A DNA stretch of 64,000 nucleotides from Trueperaceae bacterium (GCA_965213705.1 OZ243913.1:3776001-3840000), one strand, 5' to 3'. Shown: positions 50,305 through 60,630, numbered from the stretch's first letter. Notes: generated by a model from the letters alone, not told the origin. Translations and numbers: made by a program.

Positions 50305-52050
50305 ATGTTCGGGGGAACTCACAAAGTCTTGACCTTGTGCCTGTTGGGCACTTTTGTGTTGAACGCGGCGGCCGAGGACCTGGGCAACTGGGCGCTCAGA
50401 CCGGGCTACAGTTTAGAGGTCGACAGTGTAGGCTTTTACTTGCCCACGTCTATCGCCTTCGTACCCGACCCCGGTGACGCTCCGGACGACCCTCTTTACT
50501 TTGTGACCGAGTTGCAGGGCGAGGTCAAGGTCGTGACCAACGACCGCACGGTACACGCATTCGCCAAGGTACCCACGCTCGAGACCCAAACCCCCGACCT
50601 GTACGGGGCCAGCCAGTCGGGGGCGGCGGGGGTGTGCCTGGAGCCCGAGAACGGCTACGTGTTCGTCACTTTCACCTACCCCGACGAAGGCGGCGTCCTG
50701 CACAACAATGTCGCCCGCTTCACCACGGAACCGGGGGGGTTCGCCCTGGAACCGAGCGAAGTTGTCGAATTCACCGACTTTTTCGTGAACTACCAGACCG
50801 CCCCGGCTCACCAAATCGGCAACTGCCAAACGCGTGACGGTGCGCTTTACGTGGGTGTGGGCGACGGGGGCAACGCCGCGAACGCCGTCAACATGGAGGT
50901 GCCGCTCGGCAAGATGCTCTGTTTCGACTTCAGCGGCAAGCCTTGTCGGACGACCGGCGACACGGCCATAACGGACTACTTTTGGGCCTACGGGTTTCGC
51001 AACCCCTTCGGCATAGTCTTCGTCGGGGACGAGCTTTATATAGCTGAAAACGGCGTGGACGTGGACCGCTTTTACCGGGCGCGGCCGGGCGAGAACCACA
51101 ACTGGAACGGCTCCGACCAGAGCATCGCCGCCGGGGCGGACCTCGTCTTCACGCCGACCGTCTCGCCCGTCCAGCTCGACTTTATCGGTGAGGACGTGCC
51201 CTTTGTAGACGACGACCTCGCGAACCACTTCGCCTTCGGCGCTTACGGCGGGGAGGGCGACGGGACGAGCACGGGGGTCGTCTCGTTCGACTATAGTCTG
51301 GCTACGAGCGAGGTCGAGGGAATGCCTTACTACCTGCTCGAGTACGTCGGCGCGGGCGAGCAGCGCGTGACCGGCTTCGCGGTCGGCCCCGACGCCCTCT
51401 ACGCGGTGCCGAGCGTGCCGGACGCTGAAGGTCAGGGCTTCATCCTCAAGTTCCGCTACGACCCCGCCGCCGCGCACGGCGTGACGGTGGCGCAGCGGAG
51501 CAGCCTCGTTTCTGCGTCTCATTTGGGCTTGCTCAACGACTACGGCTGCGTCGGCTGTCACGCGATTCGGGGCCGGGGCGGCGGCATCGGCCCGGCGCTG
51601 GACAAGTTCGCCCTCAACTGGCGGCTCAACGAACGCCTCAACTCGAGCGGGTACGCCGAGCAAATCGCCGCGGTCGACGCGCTTACGCTGGACCCCTATC
51701 CCGCCTGGCGCGACGCGCGCCAAGCGGTGCTCGCCGCCACCGGGCGGGAGCGCACTTACGAATGGTTCGAGCACTACTTGCAAAACCCGAAGTTCGACAA
51801 CCCCGCGACGCAGATGCCCGACCTGGGCCTCAGCGCCGAGGAGGCCGCCGCGGTTCGCGACGAGCTTTACCAGGTTCTGGACGTCGACATCCCGGCGCAG
51901 ACGAACTTTGCAACGCGGCTGCTCGGCTTCGCCGGGCGCAACCCCAAGGCGCTGGCCGTCGGGGCCGCGGGCGGGGCCGCGCTGATGCTGCCCGTCGTCT
52001 TGCTCCTGGGCCTGATGTGGCGCAGGAGCGACAAGAAGGAGACCCCATGA
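50305..52050 (+). CDS. PQQ-type (GSDH family) sugar dehydrogenase propeller fused to a c-type cytochrome, with C-terminal TM anchor
   Basis: Signal peptide; LYVGVGDGG, GKML, WAYGFRNPFG; CVGCH...GIGPAL...MP; C-terminal hydrophobic helix. Confidence 0.8.
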   Translation: MFGGTHKVLTLCLLGTFVLNAAAEDLGNWALRPGYSLEVDSVGFYLPTSIAFVPDPGDAPDDPLYFVTELQGEVKVVTNDRTVHAFAKVPTLETQTPDLYGASQSGAAGVCLEPENGYVFVTFTYPDEGGVLHNNVARFTTEPGGFALEPSEVVEFTDFFVNYQTAPAHQIGNCQTRDGALYVGVGDGGNAANAVNMEVPLGKMLCFDFSGKPCRTTGDTAITDYFWAYGFRNPFGIVFVGDELYIAENGVDVDRFYRARPGENHNWNGSDQSIAAGADLVFTPTVSPVQLDFIGEDVPFVDDDLANHFAFGAYGGEGDGTSTGVVSFDYSLATSEVEGMPYYLLEYVGAGEQRVTGFAVGPDALYAVPSVPDAEGQGFILKFRYDPAAAHGVTVAQRSSLVSASHLGLLNDYGCVGCHAIRGRGGGIGPALDKFALNWRLNERLNSSGYAEQIAAVDALTLDPYPAWRDARQAVLAATGRERTYEWFEHYLQNPKFDNPATQMPDLGLSAEEAAAVRDELYQVLDVDIPAQTNFATRLLGFAGRNPKALAVGAAGGAALMLPVVLLLGLMWRRSDKKETP

Positions 52051-52601
52051 TTTTCACAGAAACCCCCCTCAAAGGCGCGTTCGTCATCGAGCTTAAACAA
52101 ATCAGCGACGACCGCGGCTTTTTCGCGCGCAGTTTTTGCATGGACGAGTTTGAGGCGCACGGCCTTAAACCTCGCGTCGCCCAGTGCAACCTGTCCTATA
52201 ACCACAAGGCGGGCACGATGCGCGGGATGCACTACCAGCTGCCGCCCGCCGCCGAGACGAAGCTCGTGCGCTGCACGCGCGGCGCGATTTACGACGCCAT
52301 CATCGACCTGCGCCCGGACTCGCCCACGTATATGCAGAGTTTCGGAATAGAGCTGAGCGAGGACAACCGCAAAGCCTTGTACGTGCCCGAACTGTTCGCC
52401 CACGGCTACCAGGCGCTGACCGACGGAGCCGAGGTGACGTATCAGGTGAGCGAGTTTTACACGCCCGGCCAAGAGCGCGGTTTGCGCTACGACGACCCGG
52501 CTTTCGACATCGCGTGGCCGCTCGAGGTCACGGTGATTTCCGACAAGGACGCCGCCTGGGAACCGTTCGAAGCCGCGAAAAACGCGGAGGTCGTGTCGTG
52601 A
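52047..52601 (+). CDS. rfbC: NDP-4-keto-6-deoxyhexose 3,5-epimerase (RmlC family)
   Basis: DDRGFFAR, GTMRGMHYQ, KLVRC, DLRPDSPT, FAHGYQAL. Confidence 0.92.
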   Translation: MIFTETPLKGAFVIELKQISDDRGFFARSFCMDEFEAHGLKPRVAQCNLSYNHKAGTMRGMHYQLPPAAETKLVRCTRGAIYDAIIDLRPDSPTYMQSFGIELSEDNRKALYVPELFAHGYQALTDGAEVTYQVSEFYTPGQERGLRYDDPAFDIAWPLEVTVISDKDAAWEPFEAAKNAEVVS

Positions 52602-53914
52602 TCATCGTCGATACCGCCCTGAAAAAACGGGCCGAGGCCGGAAACCCGCTGCGCGTGGCGATGGTCGGCGCGGGCTTTATGGCGAGGGGCCTCGCCAACC
52701 AAATCCTCAACTCGGTGCCGGGCATGGAACTCGTCGCCATCGCCAACCGCACGCTTGAAAAAGCCGAGAGTGCCTACAAGGACGCGGGGGCGACCGAGGT
52801 CGCGCGGGTTGGTACGGTGGCAGGGCTCGAGGACGCGGTACGCCAAAACAAACCCGCCGTCACCGAAGACCCGCTGCTGCTGTGCCGAGCGGACGGCATT
52901 GAAGCCGTCATCGACGTGACCGGGGCGGTCGAGTACGGCGCGCACATCGCCTTGGAAGCCTTCAAACACGGCAAACACCTCATCCTCATGAACGCCGAAC
53001 TCGACGGCACCGTCGGCCCGATTCTCAAAACTTACGCCGACAAGGCAGGCGTCGTCTACAGCGGCAGCGACGGCGACCAGCCCGGCGTCGAGATGAACCT
53101 GTACCGGTTTGTCAAAAGCATCGGCCTGACGCCGCTGCTCTGCGGCAACATCAAAGGCCTGCAAGACCGCTACCGCACACCGACCACCCAAAAAGCCTTC
53201 GCCGAAAAGTGGGGGCAGAACCCGAGCATGGTCACCTCGTTCGCCGACGGCACCAAGATTTCTTTCGAGCAGGCCATCGTCGCCAACGCGACCGGCATGA
53301 CGGTCGCCAAGCGGGGCATGTACGGTTATGACTTCACGGGCCACGTCGACGAGGCGACAAAACTTTACGACGTGGCCGAACTCAAGCGCTTGGGTGGCGT
53401 CGTCGACTACGTGGTCGGCACCAAACCGGGGCCGGGCGTGTTCGTTTACGCGGCGCACGACGACCCCAAACAGCAACACTACCTCAACCTCTACAAACTC
53501 GGCGAGGGGCCGCTCTACAGCTTCTACACGCCGTACCACCTGTGCCACTTCGAAGCGCCGCTGTCGATGGCTCGAGCCATTTTGTTCAACGACCCCGTGC
53601 TGGCCCCCTTGGGCGCGCCGCAGGTGGACATCATCACGCTGGCGAAAACCGACCTGAAAGCCGGGCAAACCCTGGACGGCTTGGGCGAGTACATGACCTA
53701 CGGCGAGTGCGAACGCGCCGACGTGACGGCGCAACAAAACCTTCTCCCCATCGGCCTCGCCGAAGGCTGCCGCTTGAAGCGCGATATTCAAAAAGACGCG
53801 GCGCTGAGCTACGACGATGTGGAAGTTCCCACAGGGCTGTTGAGTCATCGCTTACGGCAAGAACAGGACGCGCACTTTAAACTGAAAGAAGGGAAAACGA
53901 CCGTCCACGCCTAA
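52598..53914 (+). CDS. NAD(P)-dependent oxidoreductase (homoserine dehydrogenase-like) with C-terminal SAF domain
   Basis: VGAGFM, MNAELDGTVG, DGDQPG, SFADGTK, PYHLCHFE, LPIGLA. Confidence 0.85.
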   Translation: MIIVDTALKKRAEAGNPLRVAMVGAGFMARGLANQILNSVPGMELVAIANRTLEKAESAYKDAGATEVARVGTVAGLEDAVRQNKPAVTEDPLLLCRADGIEAVIDVTGAVEYGAHIALEAFKHGKHLILMNAELDGTVGPILKTYADKAGVVYSGSDGDQPGVEMNLYRFVKSIGLTPLLCGNIKGLQDRYRTPTTQKAFAEKWGQNPSMVTSFADGTKISFEQAIVANATGMTVAKRGMYGYDFTGHVDEATKLYDVAELKRLGGVVDYVVGTKPGPGVFVYAAHDDPKQQHYLNLYKLGEGPLYSFYTPYHLCHFEAPLSMARAILFNDPVLAPLGAPQVDIITLAKTDLKAGQTLDGLGEYMTYGECERADVTAQQNLLPIGLAEGCRLKRDIQKDAALSYDDVEVPTGLLSHRLRQEQDAHFKLKEGKTTVHA

Positions 53915-53922
53915 GGAGCGTT

Positions 53923-54726
53923 ATGGGTACATCGCAAGCGAATAAACCTTTGGCCACACGAGGGCTGAGGTACGCTCGTCGCTTGCCGGGCAAGCTCTCG
54001 CGAAAACTGGCCGAACCCGTGCTGGGTTCGGTCAAGTCGGTCACCACCGCGGAACGGGTCGCGGCGCTGACCTTCGACGACGGGCCGCACCCGGAGTACA
54101 CCCCGCAGCTGCTCGAGGTCTTGGAACGCCACGGGGCCAAAGGCACCTTTTTCACGGTCGGCGCGGCGGCCGAAGCGCACCCCGAAACGGTGAAGCGCGT
54201 CGTGGCCGGGGGCCACGCGCTCGCCAACCACACCTTCGACCACTACTCGGTGCCGCTGCTCTCGCCCACAGAGCAGCTCGGGCAACTGCGCCGCTGCGCG
54301 CAAACGCTCGCCCCCTTCGGCGGCGACAACGGCCTGTTCCGCCCGCCCTACGGCCACCAGAGCCGGGCTTCGCGGCTGAGCGCACTGCGCCTCGGCTACA
54401 CGGTCGTCGCCTGGAGCCACCACGCGTTCGACTGGCTCGAGCACGACGCGGCGTTTTTCGGCGAGCGCCTGGAAAGTCAACTGAGACCGGGTGGCATTTT
54501 CTTGTTGCACGACAACCTCTACCGCATCAGCGACGCCAGGCTGGACGCCCGCGACGAACTGCTGAGTGCGCTCGACGCGTTTTTGGCCCGCCGTAGGGAC
54601 TACCGCTTCGTCACCGTGCCCGAGTTGTTAGGGCGCGGCCGGGTCGAACGCGCCCTGTGGTTCCAGACGCCCGACCGGGCTTGGCTCGAGCAGGTCGACC
54701 CCCTGGGTTTGGGCGGGGCGCGGTGA
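53923..54726 (+). CDS. Polysaccharide deacetylase (NodB/CE4)
   Basis: TFDDGP, NHTFDH, FRPPYG, LLHD. Confidence 0.92.
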   Translation: MGTSQANKPLATRGLRYARRLPGKLSRKLAEPVLGSVKSVTTAERVAALTFDDGPHPEYTPQLLEVLERHGAKGTFFTVGAAAEAHPETVKRVVAGGHALANHTFDHYSVPLLSPTEQLGQLRRCAQTLAPFGGDNGLFRPPYGHQSRASRLSALRLGYTVVAWSHHAFDWLEHDAAFFGERLESQLRPGGIFLLHDNLYRISDARLDARDELLSALDAFLARRRDYRFVTVPELLGRGRVERALWFQTPDRAWLEQVDPLGLGGAR

Positions 54727-55586
54727 AACTGAGCGTTGTCATTCCCTGCTACAACGCGGCCGACACCCTGGCCGAACAGCTTCAAGCGCTGAGCGAGCAA
54801 GTCTGGGACGAATCCTGGGAGGTCGTTCTTGCCGACAACGGCTCGACCGACGCCTCCGCCGCGATTGCCGAGCGTTTCCGTGACCGGCTGCCGAGCTTGG
54901 TGGTCGTCGACGCGTCCGCCAAACGTGGGCGCTCCTACGCCCGCAACGAAGGGGCTAAGGTTGCGCGCGGCGCGAACCTCACGTTTGTAGACGCCGACGA
55001 CGTGGTCGCGCCCGGTTGGCTGGCAGCTTTGGGTACGGCGCTCGAGACCCACACCTTCGTCGCGCCCCGCCACGACTTCGACCACCTCAACAACGTTTCG
55101 GTTCGCGGCTCACGCAAAAACGAGCAAAGCGGCGGCCTGCAGCACTACGTTTACCCGACTTTTTTGCCCCACGCGGGCGGCTGCGGCCTCAGCGTGCGGC
55201 GCGCGCTCCACGAACAGCTCGGCGGCTTCGACGAAAAGGTGTTTACCCTAGAGGACACCGACTACTGTTGGCGGCTGCAACTGGCCGGCCACGAGCTGCA
55301 CTTCGCCCACGACGCGCTCATTTATATCCGTTTCCGCACCGACGCGCGCAGTATTTACCGGCAGGCCAAAAGCTACGGTGAATTCAACGTCCTCCTTTAC
55401 AAACGTTACCGCGACAAGGGAATGCCGCCCCTGTCCTGGAAACACGGTTTGGCAGGCTGGGCCAAGGTTGCCAAGACCTTGCCGCACCTGGCCGACGAAA
55501 CGACCCGCCCCCGCTGGTTATGGCAGTTCGGCTGGCGCTACGGCCGGCTGTTGGGCAGTCTCAAGTACCACGTGCTGGCCTTATGA
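54723..55586 (+). CDS. Glycosyltransferase family 2
   Basis: SVVIPCYN, DNGSTD, ARNEG, FVDADD, GGFDE...EDTD. Confidence 0.92.
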   Translation: MKLSVVIPCYNAADTLAEQLQALSEQVWDESWEVVLADNGSTDASAAIAERFRDRLPSLVVVDASAKRGRSYARNEGAKVARGANLTFVDADDVVAPGWLAALGTALETHTFVAPRHDFDHLNNVSVRGSRKNEQSGGLQHYVYPTFLPHAGGCGLSVRRALHEQLGGFDEKVFTLEDTDYCWRLQLAGHELHFAHDALIYIRFRTDARSIYRQAKSYGEFNVLLYKRYRDKGMPPLSWKHGLAGWAKVAKTLPHLADETTRPRWLWQFGWRYGRLLGSLKYHVLAL

Positions 55587-55599
55587 AGGGTGCGCCGCT

Positions 55600-56298
55600 A
55601 TGATCGAACGTGTCACGCGCAAGCTCGCTGTCGTCTTGGGCAAGATGCTCCACGAGGCCGAGAACGCCGTCGCGCAAGCGACCCTGCCACGTTTCGCCAC
55701 GCCTGCCGAGGGCTTAGTGATACAGTCGCCCCGACAAATCGGCAACCCTCACCTCATCCACCTCGGCAGCGACGTCAAACTCGGCCCCAACAGCGTGTTG
55801 CGGGCGCTTCAAAAACTGCCCGGCAGTTGGCTCGAGCACCCCGAGGGTGAGCACGTCACGCAAACCTTTACCCCCGAACTCCGCATCGGCGACCGCGTTA
55901 CCGCCACGGGGCTGTTGCAGGTCATCGCTCACGAACGCATCATCATCGAAGACGACGTGATGTTTGCGACCAACGTGTTTGTTTGCGACGGCTTGCACGG
56001 GTTCGAGCGCGGCGACGTTCCTTACAAGTACCAGGGCATTTTCCGCATCGCGCCCATCCACATCGGGCGGGGCAGCTGGCTTGGGCAGAACGTGGTCGTG
56101 TTGCCCGGCGTCACCATCGGCGAATGTGCGATAGTCGGGGCCAACAGCGTGGTGAGCAAAGACGTTCCGGCGCACTCGGTCGCGGTGGGCGCGCCCGCCA
56201 AGGTGACCCGCCGCTGGGACCACGCGAGCGAAAGCTGGCAGTCTGTGACCGGCACAGAGTTTGACACGACTTCTCATGCTACCCTAACCACGGAGTGA
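55600..56298 (+). CDS. Hexapeptide-repeat O-acyltransferase
   Basis: IHIGRGSWLG..VVVLPGVTIGECAIVGANSVV..VGAPAK. Confidence 0.9.
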   Translation: MIERVTRKLAVVLGKMLHEAENAVAQATLPRFATPAEGLVIQSPRQIGNPHLIHLGSDVKLGPNSVLRALQKLPGSWLEHPEGEHVTQTFTPELRIGDRVTATGLLQVIAHERIIIEDDVMFATNVFVCDGLHGFERGDVPYKYQGIFRIAPIHIGRGSWLGQNVVVLPGVTIGECAIVGANSVVSKDVPAHSVAVGAPAKVTRRWDHASESWQSVTGTEFDTTSHATLTTE

Positions 56299-56300
56299 TC

Positions 56301-57254
56301 ATGGTACGACCTTTAGTCACAATCGGACTTTCCACCTACAACCGCGCCGACGGCTACTTGCAGAACGCCCTGCGCAGCGCGCTCGAGCAGACCTATCCCA
56401 ACCTGGAAATCGTCGTTTCCGACAACGGCTCGACAGACCACACCGAAGCGTTCGTGAAAAGTTTCGCCGACGAGCGCGTCCGTTACTTCAAACAGGCCCA
56501 AAACATCGGGGCCAACGCCAACTTCAACTTTTGCCTGGAGCAAGCGCGGGGCGACTACTTTTTGCTGCTCCACGACGACGACGTCTTAGACCCCGACTTG
56601 GTCGAGGCTTGCCTGGACGCCGCCGGAAACGCTACCCACTTCGGCGTCCTCCGCAGCGGCACGCGCGTCATCGACGCCAGCGGCAACGTCGTCACCGAAA
56701 AACCCAACCGGATGAGCGGGCGTTCCACCACCGAGCTGTTCTTGAGCTGGTTTGGCAAAGACACGGCTATCTACTTTTGCAGCACTCTTTTCAACACCGA
56801 CTACCTCAAAAAAGCCGGGGGGCTGCGCACAAAAACAAACGTCTTCGAAGACGTCGTCGCCATCGCGCGGCTCGCCGCGCGCCACGGCCACGCCGACGTG
56901 CTCGAGCCCAAAGCCAGTTTTCGCGTCCACGGCAACAACAAAGGGTCCTCGGTCAACACGGTGCGGGACTGGGCGGAGGACTCGCTTTACTTACTCCAAG
57001 TCTTGCGCGAGGAGTTGCCCCAAGACGCCGAGCGGCTCTTCGAGGCGGGGCAACCTTACTTGTGCGCTCGCCTTTACCGTTACGCGTCGCTGCTGCCGTC
57101 TTGGCGCGAGCGCGCACAAGCTTTTTGGTGGAGCTACAAGCTGTTCGACTATAGTTACTCACCCGTCAAGTACCTCTCACGCCAACAGCTCTCGCGTCTC
57201 AAACTAAGCGTGCGCAACCTTGTCAAAGGGCAGCCGACGGGCCAAGCGGCTTAA
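56301..57254 (+). CDS. Glycosyltransferase family 2
   Basis: TYNR, QTYPNLEIVVSDNGSTD, LHDDD. Confidence 0.92.
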   Translation: MVRPLVTIGLSTYNRADGYLQNALRSALEQTYPNLEIVVSDNGSTDHTEAFVKSFADERVRYFKQAQNIGANANFNFCLEQARGDYFLLLHDDDVLDPDLVEACLDAAGNATHFGVLRSGTRVIDASGNVVTEKPNRMSGRSTTELFLSWFGKDTAIYFCSTLFNTDYLKKAGGLRTKTNVFEDVVAIARLAARHGHADVLEPKASFRVHGNNKGSSVNTVRDWAEDSLYLLQVLREELPQDAERLFEAGQPYLCARLYRYASLLPSWRERAQAFWWSYKLFDYSYSPVKYLSRQQLSRLKLSVRNLVKGQPTGQAA

Positions 57255-57255
57255 C

Positions 57256-58518
57256 ATGCGAACCGCACACCTCATAGGGGTGTTTCCCAAACTGTCGGAA
57301 ACGTTTATCCTCAACCAGCTTACCGGGCTTATCGACCGGGGTCACGAGGTCGACATCTTCGGCATGGCGGTGGGCGACTTGAGCGTCGTTCATCCGGACG
57401 TGAAGCGCTATGGCCTGTTAAGCCGTTCACGCCATCTCGAGGTCCCCGGGGACCACACCATGCGCGCGCTCAAGGCGGGGCTTCAGCTTTCCCGGCCCTA
57501 CGCCTGGCAGCTCGCCACGCTCGACGCCCTGAACGTGAGAAAGTACGGCAAGCGCGCCCTCAACTTAGAACGGCTCTACACGACGCTGTCTTTTCTCAAA
57601 CAAAAACCTTACGACGTCGTCCACTGTCACTTCGGCGGTCAGGGGCTCGTCGGGCTGGAGTTGCTCGAGCAGGGCGTCATTACCGGCAAGCTCGTCACCT
57701 CTATCCGCGGGGCGGACATCACCAGCTCGCTCCAGGAGCGCCCCGGCCTGTACGACCAGCTCGTCAAAAAGGGGGACTTGTTTTTACCCATCAGCGAGTT
57801 TTTCAAAGACAAGCTTGTAGCCGAGGGGTGCGACCCTAAAAAAATAGCCGTACTGCGCGACGGCATCGACTTGGACCGTTTTACCTTTAAGAGCCGGACG
57901 CGCGAGCCGGGCGCGCCGACCCGGCTGCTGTTCGTCGGGCGGCTCGAGGCCAAAAAAGGCGTTTTTATGGCGACGCAGGCGGTTGCCGAGGCTCTCAAGT
58001 GCGGCCGCAAACTCGTCTTCGACGTGGTAGGTGACGGTGCCCTGCGGGTCGAACTGGAAGCCTTTATCCGCGTGCAAGGCATCGGTGAACACATCCGTCT
58101 CTACGGCTGGCAGTCGCAAGACCAGGTTTTGGAGCACCTGAAAAATGCCCACATACTGGTTGCGCCGAGCGTGACCGCACCCAGCGGCGACCAAGAGGGT
58201 ATCCCCAACACGGTCAAAGAGGGTATGGCGGTCGGGCTGCCCGTCCTGAGCACCGTTCACAGCGGTATTCCAGAACTGGTCGAGGACGGCGTGTCCGGCT
58301 ACTTGGTCGCCGAGAACGACGTGACGGCGCTGACCAACCGTCTCGTCTGCCTTATCGACCAACCCGAGCGCTGGTCCTCGATGGGCCGAGCCGGGCGCGC
58401 CAAGATAAAGGCCGACTACGACATCGAAACCCTCAACGACGACCTCGCCGACCTTTACGAAGGCCTGCTCGTCCCCTCTTGGCGTCCGAACCGGAAAGGT
58501 GTCACGGCCCTAACATGA
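57256..58518 (+). CDS. Glycosyltransferase family 4 (WcaL-like)
   Basis: FPKLSETFILNQ, HCHFG, VGRLEAKKG, GDQEGIP..EGMA, HSGIPELV. Confidence 0.92.
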   Translation: MRTAHLIGVFPKLSETFILNQLTGLIDRGHEVDIFGMAVGDLSVVHPDVKRYGLLSRSRHLEVPGDHTMRALKAGLQLSRPYAWQLATLDALNVRKYGKRALNLERLYTTLSFLKQKPYDVVHCHFGGQGLVGLELLEQGVITGKLVTSIRGADITSSLQERPGLYDQLVKKGDLFLPISEFFKDKLVAEGCDPKKIAVLRDGIDLDRFTFKSRTREPGAPTRLLFVGRLEAKKGVFMATQAVAEALKCGRKLVFDVVGDGALRVELEAFIRVQGIGEHIRLYGWQSQDQVLEHLKNAHILVAPSVTAPSGDQEGIPNTVKEGMAVGLPVLSTVHSGIPELVEDGVSGYLVAENDVTALTNRLVCLIDQPERWSSMGRAGRAKIKADYDIETLNDDLADLYEGLLVPSWRPNRKGVTALT

Positions 58519-59756
58519 ACATCGTTTATTTTTATCAGTACTTCGGCACACCCAAAGGCGGATGGAGCACCCGCGTTTACGAGATGACCCGGCGTTGGGT
58601 CGCAGCGGGTCACCACGTCACCGTCGTGACGAGCCTCTATGACAAGTCCGACCTCAAGGCCGACGGCTTCATCACCCGCTTCGACATCGACGGCGTCGAG
58701 GTCATCCTCGTCAACGTCAAGCTGTCGAACGACCACGGCTTTGCGGCGCGCATCGCCTCGTTTTTGCTCTATGCGCTCGTCTCGGTGTATTACGCGCTGC
58801 GTCTCCCTTTTGACGTGTGCATCGCCTCGTCCGGCCCCATCACCGTGGGGCTGAGCGGTTTGGTTGCCAAGTTCGTGCGGCGCAAACCTTTCGTGTTCGA
58901 AATTCGCGATATCTGGCCGGACGGGGCCGTGCAGCTCGGTGTTTTGAAAAATCCTTCGGTGATAAGCGCGGCACGCTGGTTTGAGAAACTTTGCTACCGC
59001 GCCGCCGACCTCGTGGTCGCTTGCTCACCGGGCCAGGCAGCGCACGTGTCCGCAACCGTTCCCCACAAGGAAGTGCTCGTCGTTTCCAACGCCTCGGACA
59101 ACGACCTCATGGACGGCGTCGACGCGGCTGCGCTGAAGCGCCCCGCTTACCTAAAGGGCAAAAAGCTCGTGGTCTACACCGGCACCTTGGGGCTGATGGA
59201 CGACTGCACGCAAATCGTCGAGGCGGCGCGCGTGCTGCAGAAGCGGGGACGCGAAGACATCGCCCTACTGTTCATCGGCAGCGGCAACGAAAAAACGGCT
59301 CTCGAGGCCAGGGCCGAACGCTACGGCTTACGCAACTTGCACTTCCTGGGCCTCATGCCCAAAGAACAGGTTGTCGCCTGGCTCAAAAACGCTCGAGCCG
59401 CCTTTTACACCGTCAAAGACGTGCCCGTCCTCCACACCGGCTCGCCCAACAAACTGTTCGACGCCTTTGCCGCGGGTGTACCCGTCGTCCAGACGAGCCG
59501 GGGCTGGATTTGGGACTTGCTCGAGCAAGAGAACTGCGGTTTGAACGCTCCCCTGGACGACGCCGACGCCACGGCCGACGCCGTAACGCGGCTGTGCGAC
59601 GACGAGGCTTTTTTCGTAACCTGCGCCGCCAACGCCAAACGCCTCGCCCAGACCCGCTTTGACCGGGGACACTTGGCCGCGACTTACTTAGCAGCGTTGC
59701 AAGACCTCGCCACCCCGACAAAAGCCGGGACTTATGTACTTGGTCACGGGGACTAA
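58515..59756 (+). CDS. Glycosyltransferase family 4 (WbuB-like)
   Basis: YQYF, FEIRDIWP, YTGTLG, SPNKLFD..AAG. Confidence 0.9.
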   Translation: MNIVYFYQYFGTPKGGWSTRVYEMTRRWVAAGHHVTVVTSLYDKSDLKADGFITRFDIDGVEVILVNVKLSNDHGFAARIASFLLYALVSVYYALRLPFDVCIASSGPITVGLSGLVAKFVRRKPFVFEIRDIWPDGAVQLGVLKNPSVISAARWFEKLCYRAADLVVACSPGQAAHVSATVPHKEVLVVSNASDNDLMDGVDAAALKRPAYLKGKKLVVYTGTLGLMDDCTQIVEAARVLQKRGREDIALLFIGSGNEKTALEARAERYGLRNLHFLGLMPKEQVVAWLKNARAAFYTVKDVPVLHTGSPNKLFDAFAAGVPVVQTSRGWIWDLLEQENCGLNAPLDDADATADAVTRLCDDEAFFVTCAANAKRLAQTRFDRGHLAATYLAALQDLATPTKAGTYVLGHGD

Positions 59757-60630
59757 CGGCTTTCTGGGGCGAATTCTCGTCCAGGGTTTGGGGGAACGGG
59801 GGCAACCGTACCAAACACTCAGCCGCCAAGGTGCTCAGCACAACGTCGACCTGGCAAAAGAAGTGCCGAGTTTTGCCACCGTACCCGACGTCGTCGTGCA
59901 CGCGGCGGGCAAAGCGCACAGCGTGCCCAAAACGGCTGTGGAGGCGCAAGTCTTTTTCGACATCAACTTGAAGGGCACCCAGAACTTAGTCAGGGGGCTC
60001 GAGGACGCTGTCCACTTGCCTAAGGCTTTTGTCTTTATCAGCACCGTCGCCGTCTACGGTCGGGACACCGGCACCGACATCGCGGAGACCCATCCTTTGG
60101 AGGGAGACTCGCCCTACGCCCTCAGCAAGCGCCAAGCGGAAGAGTTTTTGCAAACCTGGGGCCGGGAACGAGGCGTGCAGGTCGGCATCGTTCGGTTGCC
60201 GCTGGTCGTCGGGCCGAACCCGCCCGGCAACTTGGGCGCGATGATTCGCGGGCTCAAAACGGGCCGTTACGTGCGCGTCGGCTCGGGTGCGACGCGCAAA
60301 AGCGTCGTGTTGGCCGCCGACATTGTGGGTATTTTGCCTGCCCTCGCGGCGCAGGGCGGCGTGTACAACCTCACCGATGGCCAGCCGCCGAGCTTCGCCG
60401 AACTGGAAGAAACCATCTGCCACCAGCTCGGCCGTCCCCTGCCCAAAACCCTGCCGCTGCCTTTAGCAAAGCTGTTGGGCAAGGTCGGCGACGTGTTGGG
60501 CGAACGCTCACCTATCAACTCCGCGACCGTCGAAAAGATGACCTCGGACCTGACCTTCGACGACCACAAAGCGAGAAAAACCCTAGGCTGGCAGCCGCGG
60601 CGGGCCTTAGACTATCTCGAGGTGTCATGA
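59734..60630 (+). CDS. NAD-dependent epimerase/dehydratase
   Basis: TGTNGFLG, HAAGKAH, STVAVYG, YALSK. Confidence 0.9.
   Translation: MYLVTGTNGFLGRILVQGLGERGQPYQTLSRQGAQHNVDLAKEVPSFATVPDVVVHAAGKAHSVPKTAVEAQVFFDINLKGTQNLVRGLEDAVHLPKAFVFISTVAVYGRDTGTDIAETHPLEGDSPYALSKRQAEEFLQTWGRERGVQVGIVRLPLVVGPNPPGNLGAMIRGLKTGRYVRVGSGATRKSVVLAADIVGILPALAAQGGVYNLTDGQPPSFAELEETICHQLGRPLPKTLPLPLAKLLGKVGDVLGERSPINSATVEKMTSDLTFDDHKARKTLGWQPRRALDYLEVS

Noticed and set aside
50413..53848. Long antisense ORFs (456 and 453 aa)
   Set aside because: Mirror frames of well-supported sense genes; high-GC codon bias suppresses stops
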